Below, in pieces: positions 1 to 18,000 of a stretch of 64,000 nt of DNA. Position numbers and translations under genes: made by a program. Within the stretch, counting starts at the first letter, position 1; each line of letters begins with the position of its first letter. The DNA comes from Eledone cirrhosa (lineage: Eukaryota): NCBI GenBank assembly GCA_964016885.1, contig OZ024740.1, positions 14,508,001 to 14,572,000 on the forward strand, in the 5' to 3' direction. The notes beneath the pieces were generated by a model. It was given only the letters and a program-made list of their open reading frames with translations, did not search any database and was not told the DNA's origin.

Positions 1-3000
1 ACATACAACACACACGCAGGTGATACATACATCTAGGACCACATACAACACACAAGCAGGTAATACACACATCTAGGGCCACATACAACACATAAGCAGG
101 TAATACACACATCTAGGGCCACATACAACACACAAGCAGGTAATACATACATCTAGGGCCACATACAACACACAAGCAGGTAGTACACACATCTAGGGCA
201 ACATACAACACACAAGCAGGTAGTACACACATCTAGGGCCACATACAACACACGCACAGGTAATACACACATCTAGGGCCACATACAACACACACGCAGG
301 TAGTACATACATCTAGGGCCACATACAACACACACGCAGGTAGTACATACATCTAGGGCCACATACAACACACAAGCAGGTAATACACACATCTAGGACC
401 ACATACAACACACAAGCAGGTAATACACACATCTAGGGCCACATACAACACACACGTAGGTAATACACACATCTAGGACCACATACAACACACTAGCAGG
501 TAATACATACATCTAGGGCCACATACAACACACAAGCAGGTAATACACACATCTAGGGCCACATACAACACACACGCAGGTAGTACATACATCTAGGGCC
601 ACATACAACACACACGCAGGTAGTACATACATCTAGGGCCACATACAACACACAAGCAGGTAATACACACATCTAGGACCACATACAACACACAAGCAGG
701 TAATACACACATCTAGGGCCACATACAACACACACGCAGGTAATACACACATCTAGGACCACATACAACACACTAGCAGGTAATACATACATCTAGGGCC
801 ACATACAACACACAAGCAGGTAATACATACATCTAGGGCCACATACAACACACAAGCAGGTAATACATACATCTAGGACCACATACAACACACAAGCAGG
901 TAATACATACATCTAGGGCCACATACAACACACAAGCAGGTAATACATACATCTAGGACCACATACAACACAGAAGCAGGTAATACATACATCTAGGGCC
1001 ACATACAACACACAAGCAGGTAATACATACATCTAGGACCACATACAACACACAAGCAGGTAATACATACATCTAGGGCCACATACAACACACAAGCAGG
1101 TAATACATACATCTAGGACGACATACAACACACAAGCAGGTAATACATACATCTAGGGCCACATACAAAACACAAGCAGGTAATACACACATCTAGGACC
1201 ACATACAACACACAAGCAGGTAATACACACATCTAGGGCCACATACAACACACACGCAGGTAATACACACATCTACGACCACATACAACACACTAGCAGG
1301 TAATACATACATCTAGGGCCACATACAACACACAAGCAGGTAATACATACATCTAGGGCCACATACAACACACAAGCAGGTAATACATACATCTAGGACC
1401 ACATACAACACACAAGCAGGTAATACATACATCTAGGGCCACATACAACACACAAGCAGGTAATACATACATCTAGGACCACATACAACACAGAAGCAGG
1501 TAATACATACATCTAGGGCCACATACAACACACAAGCAGGTAATACATACATCTAGGACCACATACAACACACAAGCAGGTAGTACACACATCTAGGGCC
1601 ACATACAACACACAAGCAGGTAATACATACATCTAGGACCACATACAACACACAAGCAGGTAATACATACATCTAGGGCCACATACAACACACAAGCAGG
1701 TAACACATACATCTAGGACCAAATACAACACACAAGCAGGTAATACATACATCTAGGACCACATACAACACACCAGCAGGTAATACACACATCTAGGGCC
1801 ACATACAACACACAAGCAGGTGATACATACATCTAGCGCCACATACAACACACAAGCAGGTAATACACACATCTAGGGCCACATACAACACACAAGCAGG
1901 TAATACACACATCTAGGGCCACATACAACACACAAGCAGGTAATATATACATCTAGGACCACATACAACACACAAGCAGGTAGTACATACATCTAGGGCC
2001 ACATACAACACACACGCAGGTGATACATACATCTAGGGCCACATACAACACACAAGCAGGTAATACACACATCTAGGACCACATACAACACACAAGCAGG
2101 TAATACACACATCTAGGGCCACATACAACACACAAGCAGGTAATACATACATCTAGGGCCACATACAACACACCAGCAATTAATACACACATCTAGGGCC
2201 ACATACAACACACAAGCAGCTGATACATACATCTAGCGCCACATACAACACACAAGCAGGTAATACACACATCTAGGGCCACATACAACACACAAGCAGG
2301 TAATACATACATCTAGGACGACATACAACACACAAGCAGGTAATACACACATTAGGGCCACATACAACACACAAGCAGGTAATGCATACATCTAGGACCA
2401 CATACAACACACAAGCAAGTAGTACATACAACTAGGGCCACATAGAACACACAAGCAGGTAATACATACATCTAGGACCACATACAACACACAAGCAGGT
2501 AATACATACATCTAGGGCCACATACAACACACAAGCAGGTAATACATACATCTAGGACGACATACAACACACAAGCAGGTAATACATACATCTAGGGCCA
2601 CATACAACACACAAGCAGGTAATACACACATCTAGGACCACATACAACACACAAGCAGGTAATACATACATCTAGGACCACATACAACACACAAGCAGGT
2701 AATACATACATATAGGGCCACATACAACACACACGCAGGTAATACACACATCTAGGGCCACATACAACACACACACAGGTAATACACACATCTAGGGCCA
2801 CATACAACACACACGCAGGTAGTACATACATCTAGGGCCACATACAACACACACGCAGGTAGTACATACATCTAGGGCCACATACAACACACAAGCAGGT
2901 AATACACACATCTAGGGCCACATACAACACACAAGCAGGTAATACATACATCTAGGACCACATACAACACACAAGCAAGTAGTACATACAACTAGGGCCA

Positions 3001-6000
3001 CATAGAACACACAAGCAGGTAATACATACATCTAGGACCACATACAACACACAAGCAGGTAATACATACATCTAGGGCCACATACAACGCACAAGCAGGT
3101 AATACATACATCTAGGACGACATACAACACACAAGCAGGTAATACATACATCTAGGGCCACATACAACACACAAGCAGGTAATACACACATCTAGGTACA
3201 CATACAACACACAAGCAGGTAATACATACATCTAGGACCACATACAACACACAAGCAGGTAATACAAACATATAGGGCCACATACAACACACACGCAGGT
3301 AATACATACATCTAGGGCCACATACAACACACAAGCAGATAATACATACATCTAGGACCACATACAACACACAAGCAGGTAATACATACATCTAGGACAA
3401 CATACAACACACAAGCAGGTAATACATACATCTAGGGCCACATACAACACACAAGCAGGTAATACACACATCTAGGGCCACATACAACACACAAGCAGGT
3501 AATACATACATCTAGGACCACATACAACACAGAAGCAGGTAATACATACATCTAGGGCCACATACAACACACAAGCAGGTAATACATACATCTAGGACCA
3601 AATACAACACACAAGCAGGTAGTACATACATTTAGGGCCACATACAACACACAAGAAGATAATACACACATCTAGGACCACATACAACACACAAGCAGGT
3701 AATACACACATCTAGGACCACATACAACACACTAGCAGGTAATACATACATCTAGGGCCACATACAACACACAAGCAGGTAATACATACATCTAGGGCCA
3801 CATACAACACACAAGCAGGTAATACATACATCTAGGACCACATACAACACACAAGCAGGTAATACATACATCTAGGACCACATACAACACAGAAGCAGGT
3901 AATACATACATCTAGGGCCACATACAACACACAAGCAGGTAATACATACATCTAGGACCAAATACAACACACAAGCAGGTAGTACACACATCTAGGGCCA
4001 CATACAACACACAAGCAGGTAATACATACATCTAGGACCACATACAACACACAAGCAGGTAATACATACATCTAGGGCCACATACAACACACAAGCAGGT
4101 AATACATACATCTAGGACCACATACAACACACAAGCAGGTAATACATACATCTATGACCACATACAACACACCAGCAGGTAATACACACATCTAGGGCCA
4201 CATACAACACACAAGCAGGTGATACATACATCTAGCGCCACATACAACACACAAGCAGATAATACATACATCTAGGACCACATACAACACACAAGCAGGT
4301 AATACATACATCTAGGACAACATACAACACACAAGCAGGTAATACATACATCTAGGGCCACATACAACACACAAGCAGGTAATACACACATCTAGGGCCA
4401 CATACAACACACAAGCAGGTAATACATACATATAGGGCCACATACAACACACAAGCAGGTAATACATACATCTAGGACCACATACAACACACAAGCAGGT
4501 AATACACACATCTAGGGCCACATACAACACACACGCAGGTGATACATACATCTAGGACCACATACAACACACAAGCAGGTAATACACACATCTAGGGCCA
4601 CATACAACACATAAGCAGGTAATACACACATCTAGGGCCACATACAACACACAAGCAGGTAATACATACATCTAGGGCCACATACAACACACAAGCAGGT
4701 AGTACACACATCTAGGGCAACATACAACACACAAGCAGGTAGTACACACATCTAGGGCCACATACAACACACGCACAGGTAATACACACATCTAGGGCCA
4801 CATACAACACACACGCAGGTAGTACATACATCTAGGGCCACATACAACACACACGCAGGTAGTACATACATCTAGGGCCACATACAACACACAAGCAGGT
4901 AATACACACATCTAGGACCACATACAACACACAAGCAGGTAATACACACATCTAGGGCCACATACAACACACACGCAGGTAATACACACATCTAGGACCA
5001 CATACAACACACTAGCAGGTAATACATACATCTAGGGCCACATACAACACACAAGCAGGTAATACACACATCTAGGGCCACATACAACACACACGCAGGT
5101 AGTACATACATCTAGGGCCACATACAACACACACGCAGGTAGTACATACATCTAGGGCCACATACAACACACAAGCAGGTAATACACACATCTAGGACCA
5201 CATACAACACACAAGCAGGTAATACACACATCTAGGGCCACATACAACACACACGCAGGTAATACACACATCTAGGACCACATACAACACACTAGCAGGT
5301 AATACATACATCTAGGGCCACATACAACACACAAGCAGGTAATACATACATCTAGGACCACATACAACACACAAGCAGGTAATACATACATCTAGGGCCA
5401 CATACAACACACAAGCAGGTAATACATACATCTAGGACCACATACAACACACAAGCAGGTAATACATACATCTAGGACCACATACAACACACAAGCAGGT
5501 AATACATACATCTAGGGCCACATACAACACACAAGCAGGTAATACATACATCTAGGACCACATACAACACAGAAGCAGGTAATACATACATCTAGGGCCA
5601 CATACAACACACAAGCAGGTAATACATACATCTAGGACCACATACAACACACAAGCAGGTAGTACACACATCTAGGGCCACATACAACACACAAGCAGGT
5701 AATACATACATCTAGGACCTCATACAACACACAAGCAGGTAATACATACATCTAGGGCCACATACAACACACAAGCAGGTAATACATACATCTAGGACCA
5801 CATACAACACACAAGCATGTAATACATACATCTAGGACCACATACAACACACCAGCAGGTAATACACACATCTAGGGCCACATACAACACACAAGCAGGT
5901 GATACATACATCTAGCGCCACATACAACACACAAGCAGGTAATACACACATCTAGGGCCACATACAACACACAAGCAGGTAATACACACATCTAGGGCCA

Positions 6001-9000
6001 CATACAACACACAAGCAGGTAATATATACATCTAGGACCACATACAACACACAAGCAGGTAGTACATACATCTAGGGCCACATACAACACACACGCAGGT
6101 GATACATACATCTAGGGCCACATACAACACACAAGCAGGTAATACACACATCTAGGACCACATACAACACACAAGCAGGTAATACACACATCTAGGGCCA
6201 CATACAACACACAAGCAGGTAATACATACATCTAGGGCCACATACAACACATCAGCAATTAATACACACATCTAGGGCCACATACAACACACAAGCAGCT
6301 GATACATACATCTAGCGCCACATACAACACACAAGCAGGTAATACACACATCTAGGGCCACATACAACACACAAGCAGGTAATACATACATCTAGGACGA
6401 CATACAACACACAAGCAGGTAATACACACATTAGGGCCACATACAACACACAAGCAGGTAATACATACATCTAGGACCACATACAACACACAAGCAAGTA
6501 GTACATACAACTAGGGCCACATACAACGCACAAGCAGGTAATACATACATCTAGGACGACATACAACACACAAGCAGGTAATACATACATCTAGGGCCAC
6601 ATACAACACACAAGCAGGTAATACACACATCTAGGTACACATACAACACACAAGCAGGTAATACATACATCTAGGACCACATACAACACACAAGCAGGTA
6701 ATACAAACATATAGGGCCACATACAACACACACGCAGGTAATACATACATCTAGGGCCACATACAACACACAAGCAGATAATACATACATCTAGGACCAC
6801 ATACAACACACAAGCAGGTAATACATACATCTAGGACAACATACAACACACAAGCAGGTAATACATACATCTAGGGCCACATACAACACACAAGCAGGTA
6901 ATACACACATCTAGGGCCACATACAACACACAAGCAGTTAATACATACATATAGGGCCACATACAACACACAAGCAGGTAATACATACATCTAGGACCAC
7001 ATACAACACACAAGCAGGTAATACACACATCTAGGGCCACATACAACACACACGCAGGTGATACATACATCTAGGACCACATACAACACACAAGCAGGTA
7101 ATACACACATCTAGGGCCACATACAACACATAAGCAGGTAATACACACATCTAGGGCCACATACAACACACAAGCAGGTAATACATACATCTAGGGCCAC
7201 ATACAACACACAAGCAGGTAGTACACACATCTAGGGCAACATACAACACACAAGCAGGTAGTACACACATCTAGGGCCACATACAACACACGCACAGGTA
7301 ATACACACATCTAGGGCCACATACAACACACACGCAGGTAGTACATACATCTAGGGCCACATACAACACACACGCAGGTAGTACATACATCTAGGGCCAC
7401 ATACAACACACAAGCAGGTAATACACACATCTAGGACCACATACAACACACAAGCAGGTAATACACACATCTAGGGCCACATACAACACACACGCAGGTA
7501 ATACACACATCTAGGACCACATACAACACACTAGCAGGTAATACATACATCTAGGGCCACATACAACACACAAGCAGGTAATACACACATCTAGGGCCAC
7601 ATACAACACACACGCAGGTAGTACATACATCTAGGGCCACATACAACACACACGCAGGTAGTACATACATCTAGGGCCACATACAACACACAAGCAGATA
7701 ATACACACATCTAGGACCACATACAACACACAAGCAGGTAATACACACATCTAGGGCCACATACAACACACACGCAGGTAATACACACATCTAGGACCAC
7801 ATACAACACACTAGCAGGTAATACATACATCTAGGGCCACATACAACACACACGCAGGTAGTACATACATCTAGGGCCACATACAACACACACGCAGGTA
7901 GTACATACATCTAGGGCCACATACAACACACAAGAAGATAATACACACATCTAGGACCACATACAACACACAAGCAGGTAATACACACATCTAGGGCCAC
8001 ATACAACACACACGCAGGTAATACACACATCTAGGACCACATACAACACACTAGCAGGTAATACATACATCTAGGGCCACATACAACACACAAGCAGGTA
8101 ATACATACATCTAGGGCCACATACAACACACAAGCAGGTAATACATACATCTAGGACCACATACAACACACAAGCAGGTAATACATACATCTAGGGCCAC
8201 ATACAACACACAAGCAGGTAATACATACATCTAGGACCACATACAACACAGAAGCAGGTAATACATACATCTAGGGCCACATACAACACACAAGCAGGTA
8301 ATACATACATCTAGGACCACATACAACACACAAGCAGGTAGTACACACATCTAGGGCCACATACAACACACAAGCAGGTAATACATACATCTAGGACCAC
8401 ATACAACACACAAGCAGGTAATACATACATCTAGGGCCACATACAACACACAAGCAGGTAATACATACATCTAGGACCACATACAACACACAAGCAGGTA
8501 ATACATACATCTAGGACAACATACAACACACAAGCAGGTAATACATACATCTAGGGCCACATACAACACACAAGCAGGTAATACACACATCTAGGGCCAC
8601 ATACAACACACAAGCAGGTAATACATACATATAGGGCCACATACAACACACAAGCAGGTAATACACACATCTAGGGCCACATACAACACACAAGCAGGTG
8701 ATACATACATCTAGCGCCACATACAACACACAAGCAGATAATACATACATCTAGGACCACATACAACACACAAGCAGGTAATACATACATCTAGGACAAC
8801 ATACAACACACAAGCAGGTAATACATACATCTAGGGCCACATACAACACACAAGCAGGTAATACACACATCTAGGGCCACATACAACACACAAGCAGGTA
8901 ATACATACATATAGGGCCACATACAACACACAAGCAGGTAATACATACATCTAGGACCACATACAACACACAAGCAGGTAATACACACATCTAGGGCCAC

Positions 9001-12000
9001 ATACAACACATAAGCAGGTAATACACACATCTAGGGCCACATACAACACACAAGCAGGTAATACATACATCTAGGGCCACATACAACACACAAGCAGGTA
9101 GTACACACATCTAGGGCAACATACAACACACAAGCAGGTAGTACACACATCTAGGGCCACATACAACACACGCACAGGTAATACACACATCTAGGGCCAC
9201 ATACAACACACACGCAGGTAGTACATACATCTAGGGCCACATACAACACACACGCAGGTAGTACATACATCTAGGGCCACATACAACACACAAGCAGGTA
9301 ATACACACATCTAGGACCACATACAACACACAAGCAGGTAATACACACATCTAGGGCCACATACAACACACACGCAGGTAATACACACATCTAGGACCAC
9401 ATACAACACACTAGCAGGTAATACATACATCTAGGGCCACATACAACACACAAGCAGGTAATACACACATCTAGGGCCACATACAACACACACGCAGGTA
9501 GTACATGCATCTAGGGCCACATACAACACACACGCAGGTAGTACATACATCTAGGGCCACATACAACACACTAGCAGGTAATACACACATCTAGGACCAC
9601 ATACAACACACAAGCAGGTAATACACACATCTAGGGCCACATACAACACACACGCAGGTAATACACACATCTAGGACCACATACAACACACTAGCAGGTA
9701 ATACATACATCTAGGGCCACATACAACACACAAGCAGGTAATACATACATCTAGGGCCACATACAACACACAAGCAGGTAATACATACATCTAGGACCAC
9801 ATACAACACACAAGCAGGTAATACATACATCTAGGGCCACATACAACACACAAGCAGGTAATACATACATCTAGGACCACATACAACACAGAAGCAGGTA
9901 ATACATACATCTAGGGCCACATACAACACACAAGCAGGTAATACATACATCTAGGACCACATACAACACACAAGCAGGTAGTACACACATCTAGGGCCAC
10001 ATACAACACACAAGCAGGTAATACATACATCTAGGACCACATACAACACACAAGCAGGTAATACATACATCTAGGGCCACATACAACACACAAGCAGGTA
10101 ATACATACATCTAGGACCACATACAACACACAAGCAGGTAATACATACATCTAGGACCACATACAACACACCAGCAGGTAATACACACATATAGGGCCAC
10201 ATACAACACACAAGTAGGTGATACATACATCTAGCGCCACATACAACACACAAGCAGGTAATACACACATCTAGGGCCACATACAACACACAAGCAGGTA
10301 ATACACACATCTAGGGCCACATACAACACACAAGCAGGTAATATATACATCTAGGACCACATACAACACACAAGCAGGTAGTACATACATCTAGGGCCAC
10401 ATACAACACACACGCAGGTGATACATACATCTAGGGCCACATACAACACACAAGCAGGTAATACATACATCTAGGACGACATACAACACACAAGCAGGTA
10501 ATACACACATTAGGGCCACATACAACACACAAGCAGGTAATACATACATCTAGGACCACATACAACACACAAGCATGTAGTACATACAACTAGGGCCACA
10601 TAGAACACACAAGCAGGTAATACATACATCTAGGACCACATACAACACACAAGCAGGTAATACATACATCTAGGGCCACATACAACACACAAGCAGGTAA
10701 TACATACATCTAGGACGACATACAACACACAAGCAGGTAATACATACATCTAGGGCCACATACAACACACAAGCAGGTAATACACACATCTAGGACCACA
10801 TACAACACACAAGCAGGTAATACATACATCTAGGACCACATACAACACACAAGCAGGTAATACATACATATAGGGCCACATACAACACACACGCAGGTAA
10901 TACACACATCTAGGGCCACATACAACACACACACAGGTAATACACACATCTAGGGCCACATACAACACACACGCAGGTAGTACATACATCTAGGGCCACA
11001 TACAACACACACGCAGGTAGTACATACATCTAGGGCCACATACAACACACAAGCAGGTAATACACACATCTAGGGCCACATACAACACACAAGCAGGTAA
11101 TACATACATCTAGGACCACATACAACACACAAGCAAGTAGTACATACAACTAGGGCCACATAGAACACACAAGCAGGTAATACATACATCTAGGACCACA
11201 TACAACACACAAGCAGGTAATACATACATCTAGGGCCACATACAACGCACAAGCAGGTAATACATACATCTAGGACGACATACAACACACAAGCAGGTAA
11301 TACATACATCTAGGGCCACATACAACACACAAGCAGGTAATACACACATCTAGGTACACATACAACACACAAGCAGGTAATACATACATCTAGGACCACA
11401 TACAACACACAAGCAGGTAATACAAACATATAGGGCCACATACAACACACACGCAGGTAATACATACATCTAGGGCCACATACAACACACAAGCAGATAA
11501 TACATACATCTAGGACCACATACAACACACAAGCAGGTAATACATACATCTAGGACAACATACAACACACAAGCAGGTAATACATACATCTAGGGCCACA
11601 TACAACACACAAGCAGGTAATACACACATCTAGGGCCACATACAACACACAAGCAGTTAATACATACATATAGGGCCACATACAACACACAAGCAGGTAA
11701 TACATACATCTAGGACCACATACAACACACAAGCAGGTAATACACACATCTAGGGCCACATACAACACACACGCAGGTGATACATACATCTAGGACCACA
11801 TACAACACACAAGCAGGTAATACACACATCTAGGGCCACATACAACACATAAGCAGGTAATACACACATCTAGGGCCACATACAACACACAAGCAGGTAA
11901 TACATACATCTAGGGCCACATACAACACACAAGCAGGTAGTACACACATCTAGGGCAACATACAACACACAAGCAGGTAGTACACACATCTAGGGCCACA

Positions 12001-15000
12001 TACAACACACGCACAGGTAATACACACATCTAGGGCCACATACAACACACACGCAGGTAGTACATACATCTAGGGCCACATACAACACACACGCAGGTAG
12101 TACATACATCTAGGGCCACATACAACAGACAAGCAGGTAATACACACATCTAGGACCACATACAACACACAAGCAGGTAATACACACATCTAGGGCCACA
12201 TACAACACACACGCAGGTAATACACACATCTAGGACCACATACAACACACTAGCAGGTAATACATACATCTAGGGCCACATACAACACACAAGCAGGTAA
12301 TACACACATCTAGGGCCACATACAACACACACGCAGGTAGTACATACATCTAGGGCCACATACAACACACACGCAGGTAGTACATACATCTAGGGCCACA
12401 TACAAAACACAAGCAGATAATACACACATCTAGGACCACATACAACACACAAGCAGGTAATACACACATCTAGGGCCACATACAACACACACGCAGGTAA
12501 TACACACATCTAGGACCACATACAACACACTAGCAGGTAATACATACATCTAGGGCCACATACAACACACAAGCAGGTAATACATACATCTAGGGCCACA
12601 TACAACACACAAGCAGGTAATACATACATCTAGGACCACATACAACACACAAGCAGGTAATACATACATCTAGGGCCACATACAACACACAAGCAGGTAA
12701 TACATACATCTAGGACCACATACAACACAGAAGCAGGTAATACATACATCTAGGGCCACATACAACACACAAGCAGGTAATACATACATCTAGGACCACA
12801 TACAACGCACAAGCAGGTAGTACACACATCTAGGGCCACATACAACACACAAGCAGGTAATACATACATCTAGGACCACATACAACACACAAGCAGGTAA
12901 TACATACATCTAGGGCCACATACAACACACAAGCAGGTAATACATACATCTAGGACCACATACAACACACAAGCAGGTAATACATACATCTATGACCACA
13001 TACAACACACCAGCAGGTAATACACACATCTAGGGCCACATACAACACACAAGCAGGTGATACATACATCTAGCGCCACATACAACACACAAGCAGGTAA
13101 TACACACATCTAGGGCCACATACAACACACAAGCAGGTAATACACACATCTAGGGCCACATACAACACACAAGCAGGTAATATATACATCTAGGACCACA
13201 TACAACACACAAGCAGGTAGTACATACATCTAGGGCCACATACAACACACACGCAGGTGATACATACATCTAGGGCCACATACAACACACACGCAGGTGA
13301 TACATACATCTAGGGCCACATACAACACACAAGCAGGTAATACATACATCTAGGACGACATACAACACACAAGCAGGTAATACACACATCTAGGGCCACA
13401 TACAACACACAAGCAGGTAATACATACATCTAGGACCACATACAACACACAAGCATATAGTACATACAACTAGGGCCACATAGAATACACAAGCAGGTAA
13501 TACACACATCTAGGACCACATACAACACACAAGCAGGTAGTACATACATCTAGGGCCACATACAACACACACGCAGGTGATACATACATCTAGGGCCACA
13601 TACAACACACAAGCAGGTAATACACACATCTAGGACCACATACAACACACAAGCAGGTAATACATACATATAGGGCCACATACAACACACACGCAGGTAA
13701 TACATACATCTAGGGCCACATACAACACACAAGCAGGTAATACTTACATCTAGGACCACATACAACACACAAGCAGGTAATACATACATCTAGGGCCACA
13801 TACAACACACAAGCAGGTAATACATACATCCAGGGCCACATACAACACACAAGCAGGTAATATATACATCTAGGACCACATACAACACACAAGCAGGTAG
13901 TACATACATCTAGGGCCACATACAACACACACGCAGGTGATACATACATCTAGGGCCACATACAACACACAAGCAGGTAATACACACATCTAGGACCACA
14001 TACAACACACAAGCAGGTAATACACACATCTAGGGCCACATACAACACACAAGCAGGTAATACATACATCTAGGGCCACATACAACACACCAGCAATTAA
14101 TACACACATCTAGGGCCACATACAACACACAAGCAGCTGATACATACATCTAGCGCCACATACAACACACAAGCAGGTAATACACACATCTAGGGCCACA
14201 TACAACACACAAGCAGGTAATACATACATCTAGGACGACATACAACACACAAGCAGGTAATACACACATCTAGGGCCACATACAACACACAAGCAGGTAA
14301 TACATACATCTAGGACCACATACAACACACAAGCAAATAGTACATACAACTAGGGCCACATAGAACACACAAGCAGGTAATACACACATCTAGGACCACA
14401 TACAACACACAAGCAGGTAGTACATACATCTAGGGCCACATACAACACACACGCAGGTGATACATACATCTAGGGCCACATACAACACACAAGCAGGTAA
14501 TACACACATCTAGGACCACATACAACACACAAGCAGGTAATACATACATATAGGGCCACATACAACACACACGCAGGTAATACATACATCTAGGGCCACA
14601 TACAACACACAAGCAGGTAATACTTACATCTAGGACCACATACAACACACAAGCAGGTAATACATACATCTAGGCCCACATACAACACACAAGCAGGTAA
14701 TACATACATCCAGGGCCACATAAAACACACAAGCAGGTAATACACACATCTAGGGCCACATACAAGACACAAGCAGGTAATACATACATATAGGGCCACA
14801 TACAACACACAAACAGGTAATACATACATCTAGGACCACATACAACACACAAGCAGGTAATACATACATATAGGGCCACATACAACAGACAAGCAGGTAA
14901 TACACACATCTAGGGCCACATACAACACACACGCAGGTGATACATACATCTAGGACCACATACAACACACAAGCAGGTAATACACACATCTAGGGCCACA

Positions 15001-18000
15001 TACAACACACACGCAGGTAATACACACATCTAGGGCCACATACAACACACAAGCAGGTGATACATACATCTAGGGCCACATACAACACACAAGCAGGTAA
15101 TACATACATCTAGGGCCACATACAACACACAAGCAGGTAGTACCTACATCTAGGGCCACATACAACACACAAGCAGGTAATACACACATCTAGGACCACA
15201 TACAACACACAAGCAGGTAATACACACATCTAGGGCCACATACTACACACAAGCAGGTAATACACACATCTAGGGCCACATACAACACACAAGCAGGTAA
15301 TACATACATATGGGCCACATACAACACACAAGCAGGTAGTACACACATCTAGGGCCACATACAACACACAAGCAGGTAGTACACACATCTAGGGCCATAT
15401 ACAACACACACACAGGTAATACACACATCTAGGGCAACATACAACACACACGCAGGTAGTACATACATCTAGGGCCACATACAACACACACGCAGGTAGT
15501 ACATACATCTAGGGCCACATACAACACACAAGCAGGTAATACACACATCTAGGACCACATACAACACACAAGCAGGTAATACACACATCTAGGGCCACAT
15601 ACAACACACACGCAGGTAATACACACATCTAGGACCACATACAACACACTAGCAGGTAATACATACATCTAGGGCCACATACAACACACAAGCAGGTAAT
15701 ACACACATCTAGGACCACATACAACACACAAGCAGGTAATACACACATCTAGGGCCACATACAACACACACGCAGGTAATACATACATCTAGCGCCACAT
15801 ACAACACACACGCAGGTAATACATACATCTAGCGCCACATACAACACACAAGCAGGTAATACATACATCTAGTTCCACATACAACACACAAGCAGGTAAT
15901 ACATACATATAGGGCCACATATAACACACAAGCAGGTAATACATACATCTAGGGCCACATACAACACACAAGCAGGTAATACATACATCTAGGGCCACAT
16001 ACAACACACAAGCAGGTAATACACACATCTAGGACCACATACAACACACAAGCAGGTAATACACACATCTAGGGCCACATACAACACACACGCAGGTAAT
16101 ACATACATCTAGCGCCACATACAACACACACGCAGGTAATACATACATCTAGCGCCACATACAACACACAAGCAGGTAATACATACATCTAGTTCCACAT
16201 ACAACACACAAGCAGGTAATACATACATATAGGGCCACATATAACACACAAGCAGGTAATACATACATCTAGGGCCACATACAACACACAAGCAGGTAAT
16301 ACATACATCTAGGGCCACATACAACACACAAGCAGGTAATACACACATCTAGGGCCACATACAACACACAAGCAGGTAATACATACATATAGGGCCACAT
16401 ACAACACACAAGCAGGTAATACATACATCTAGGACCACATACAACACACAAGCAGGTAATACATACATATAGGACCACATACAACACACAAGCAGGTAAT
16501 ACACACATCTAGGGCCACATACAACACACACGCAGGTGATACATACATCTAGGACCACATACAACACACAAGCAGGTAATACACACATCTAGGGCCACAT
16601 ACAACACACACGCAGGTAATACACACATCTAGGGCCACATACAACACACAAGCAGGTGATACATACATCTAGGGCCACATACAACACACAAGCAGGTAAT
16701 ACATACATCTAGGGCCACATACAACACACAAGCAGGTAGTACCTACATCTAGGGCCACATACAACACACAAGCAGGTAATACACACATCTAGGACCACAT
16801 ACAACACACAAGCAGGTAATACACACATCTAGGGCCACATACAACACACAAGCAGGTAATACACACATCTAGGGCCACATACAACACACAAGCAGGTAAT
16901 ACATACATCTAGGGCCATATACAACACACAAGCAGGTAGTACACACATCTAGGGCCACATACAACACACAAGCAGGTAGTACACACATCTAGGGCCACAT
17001 ACAACACACACACAGTTAATACACACATCTAGGGCCACATACAACACACACGCAGGTAGTACATACATCTAGAGCCACATACAACACACACGCAGGTAGT
17101 ACATACATCTAGGGCCACATACAACACACAAGCAGGTAATACACACATCTAGGACCACATACAACACACAAGCAGGTAATACACACATCTAGGGCCAGAT
17201 ACAACACACACGCAGGTAATAAACATATCTAGGACCACATACAACACACTAGCAGGTAATACATACATCTAGGGCCACATACAACACACAAGCAGGTAAT
17301 ACACACATCTAGGACCACATACAACACACAAGCAGGTAATACATACATCTAGGGCCACATACAACACACAAGCAGGTAATACACACATCTAGGGCCACAT
17401 ACAACACACAAGCAGGTAATACATACATCTAGGACCACATACAACACACAAGCAAGTAGTACATACAACTAGGGCCACATAGAACACACAAGCAGGTAAT
17501 ACATACATCTAGGACCACATACAACACACAAGCAGGTAATACATACATCTAGGGCCACATAAAACACACAAGCAGGTAATACATACATCTAGGACGACAT
17601 ACAACACACAAGCAGGATATACATACATCCAGGGCCACATACAACACACAAGCAGGTAATACACACATCTAGGACCACATACAACACACAAGCAGGTAAT
17701 ACACAAATCTAGGGCCACATACTACACACAAGCAGGTAATACACACATCTAGGGCCACATACAACACACAAGCAGGTAATACATACATATGGGCCACATA
17801 CAACACACAAGCAGGTAGTACACACATCTAGGGCCACATACAACACACAAGCAGGTAGTACACACATCTAGGGCCACATACAACACACACACAGGTGATA
17901 CACACATCTAGCGCCACATACAACACACACGCAGGTAGTACATACATCTAGGGCCACATACAACACACACGCAGGTAGTACATACATCTAGGGCCACATA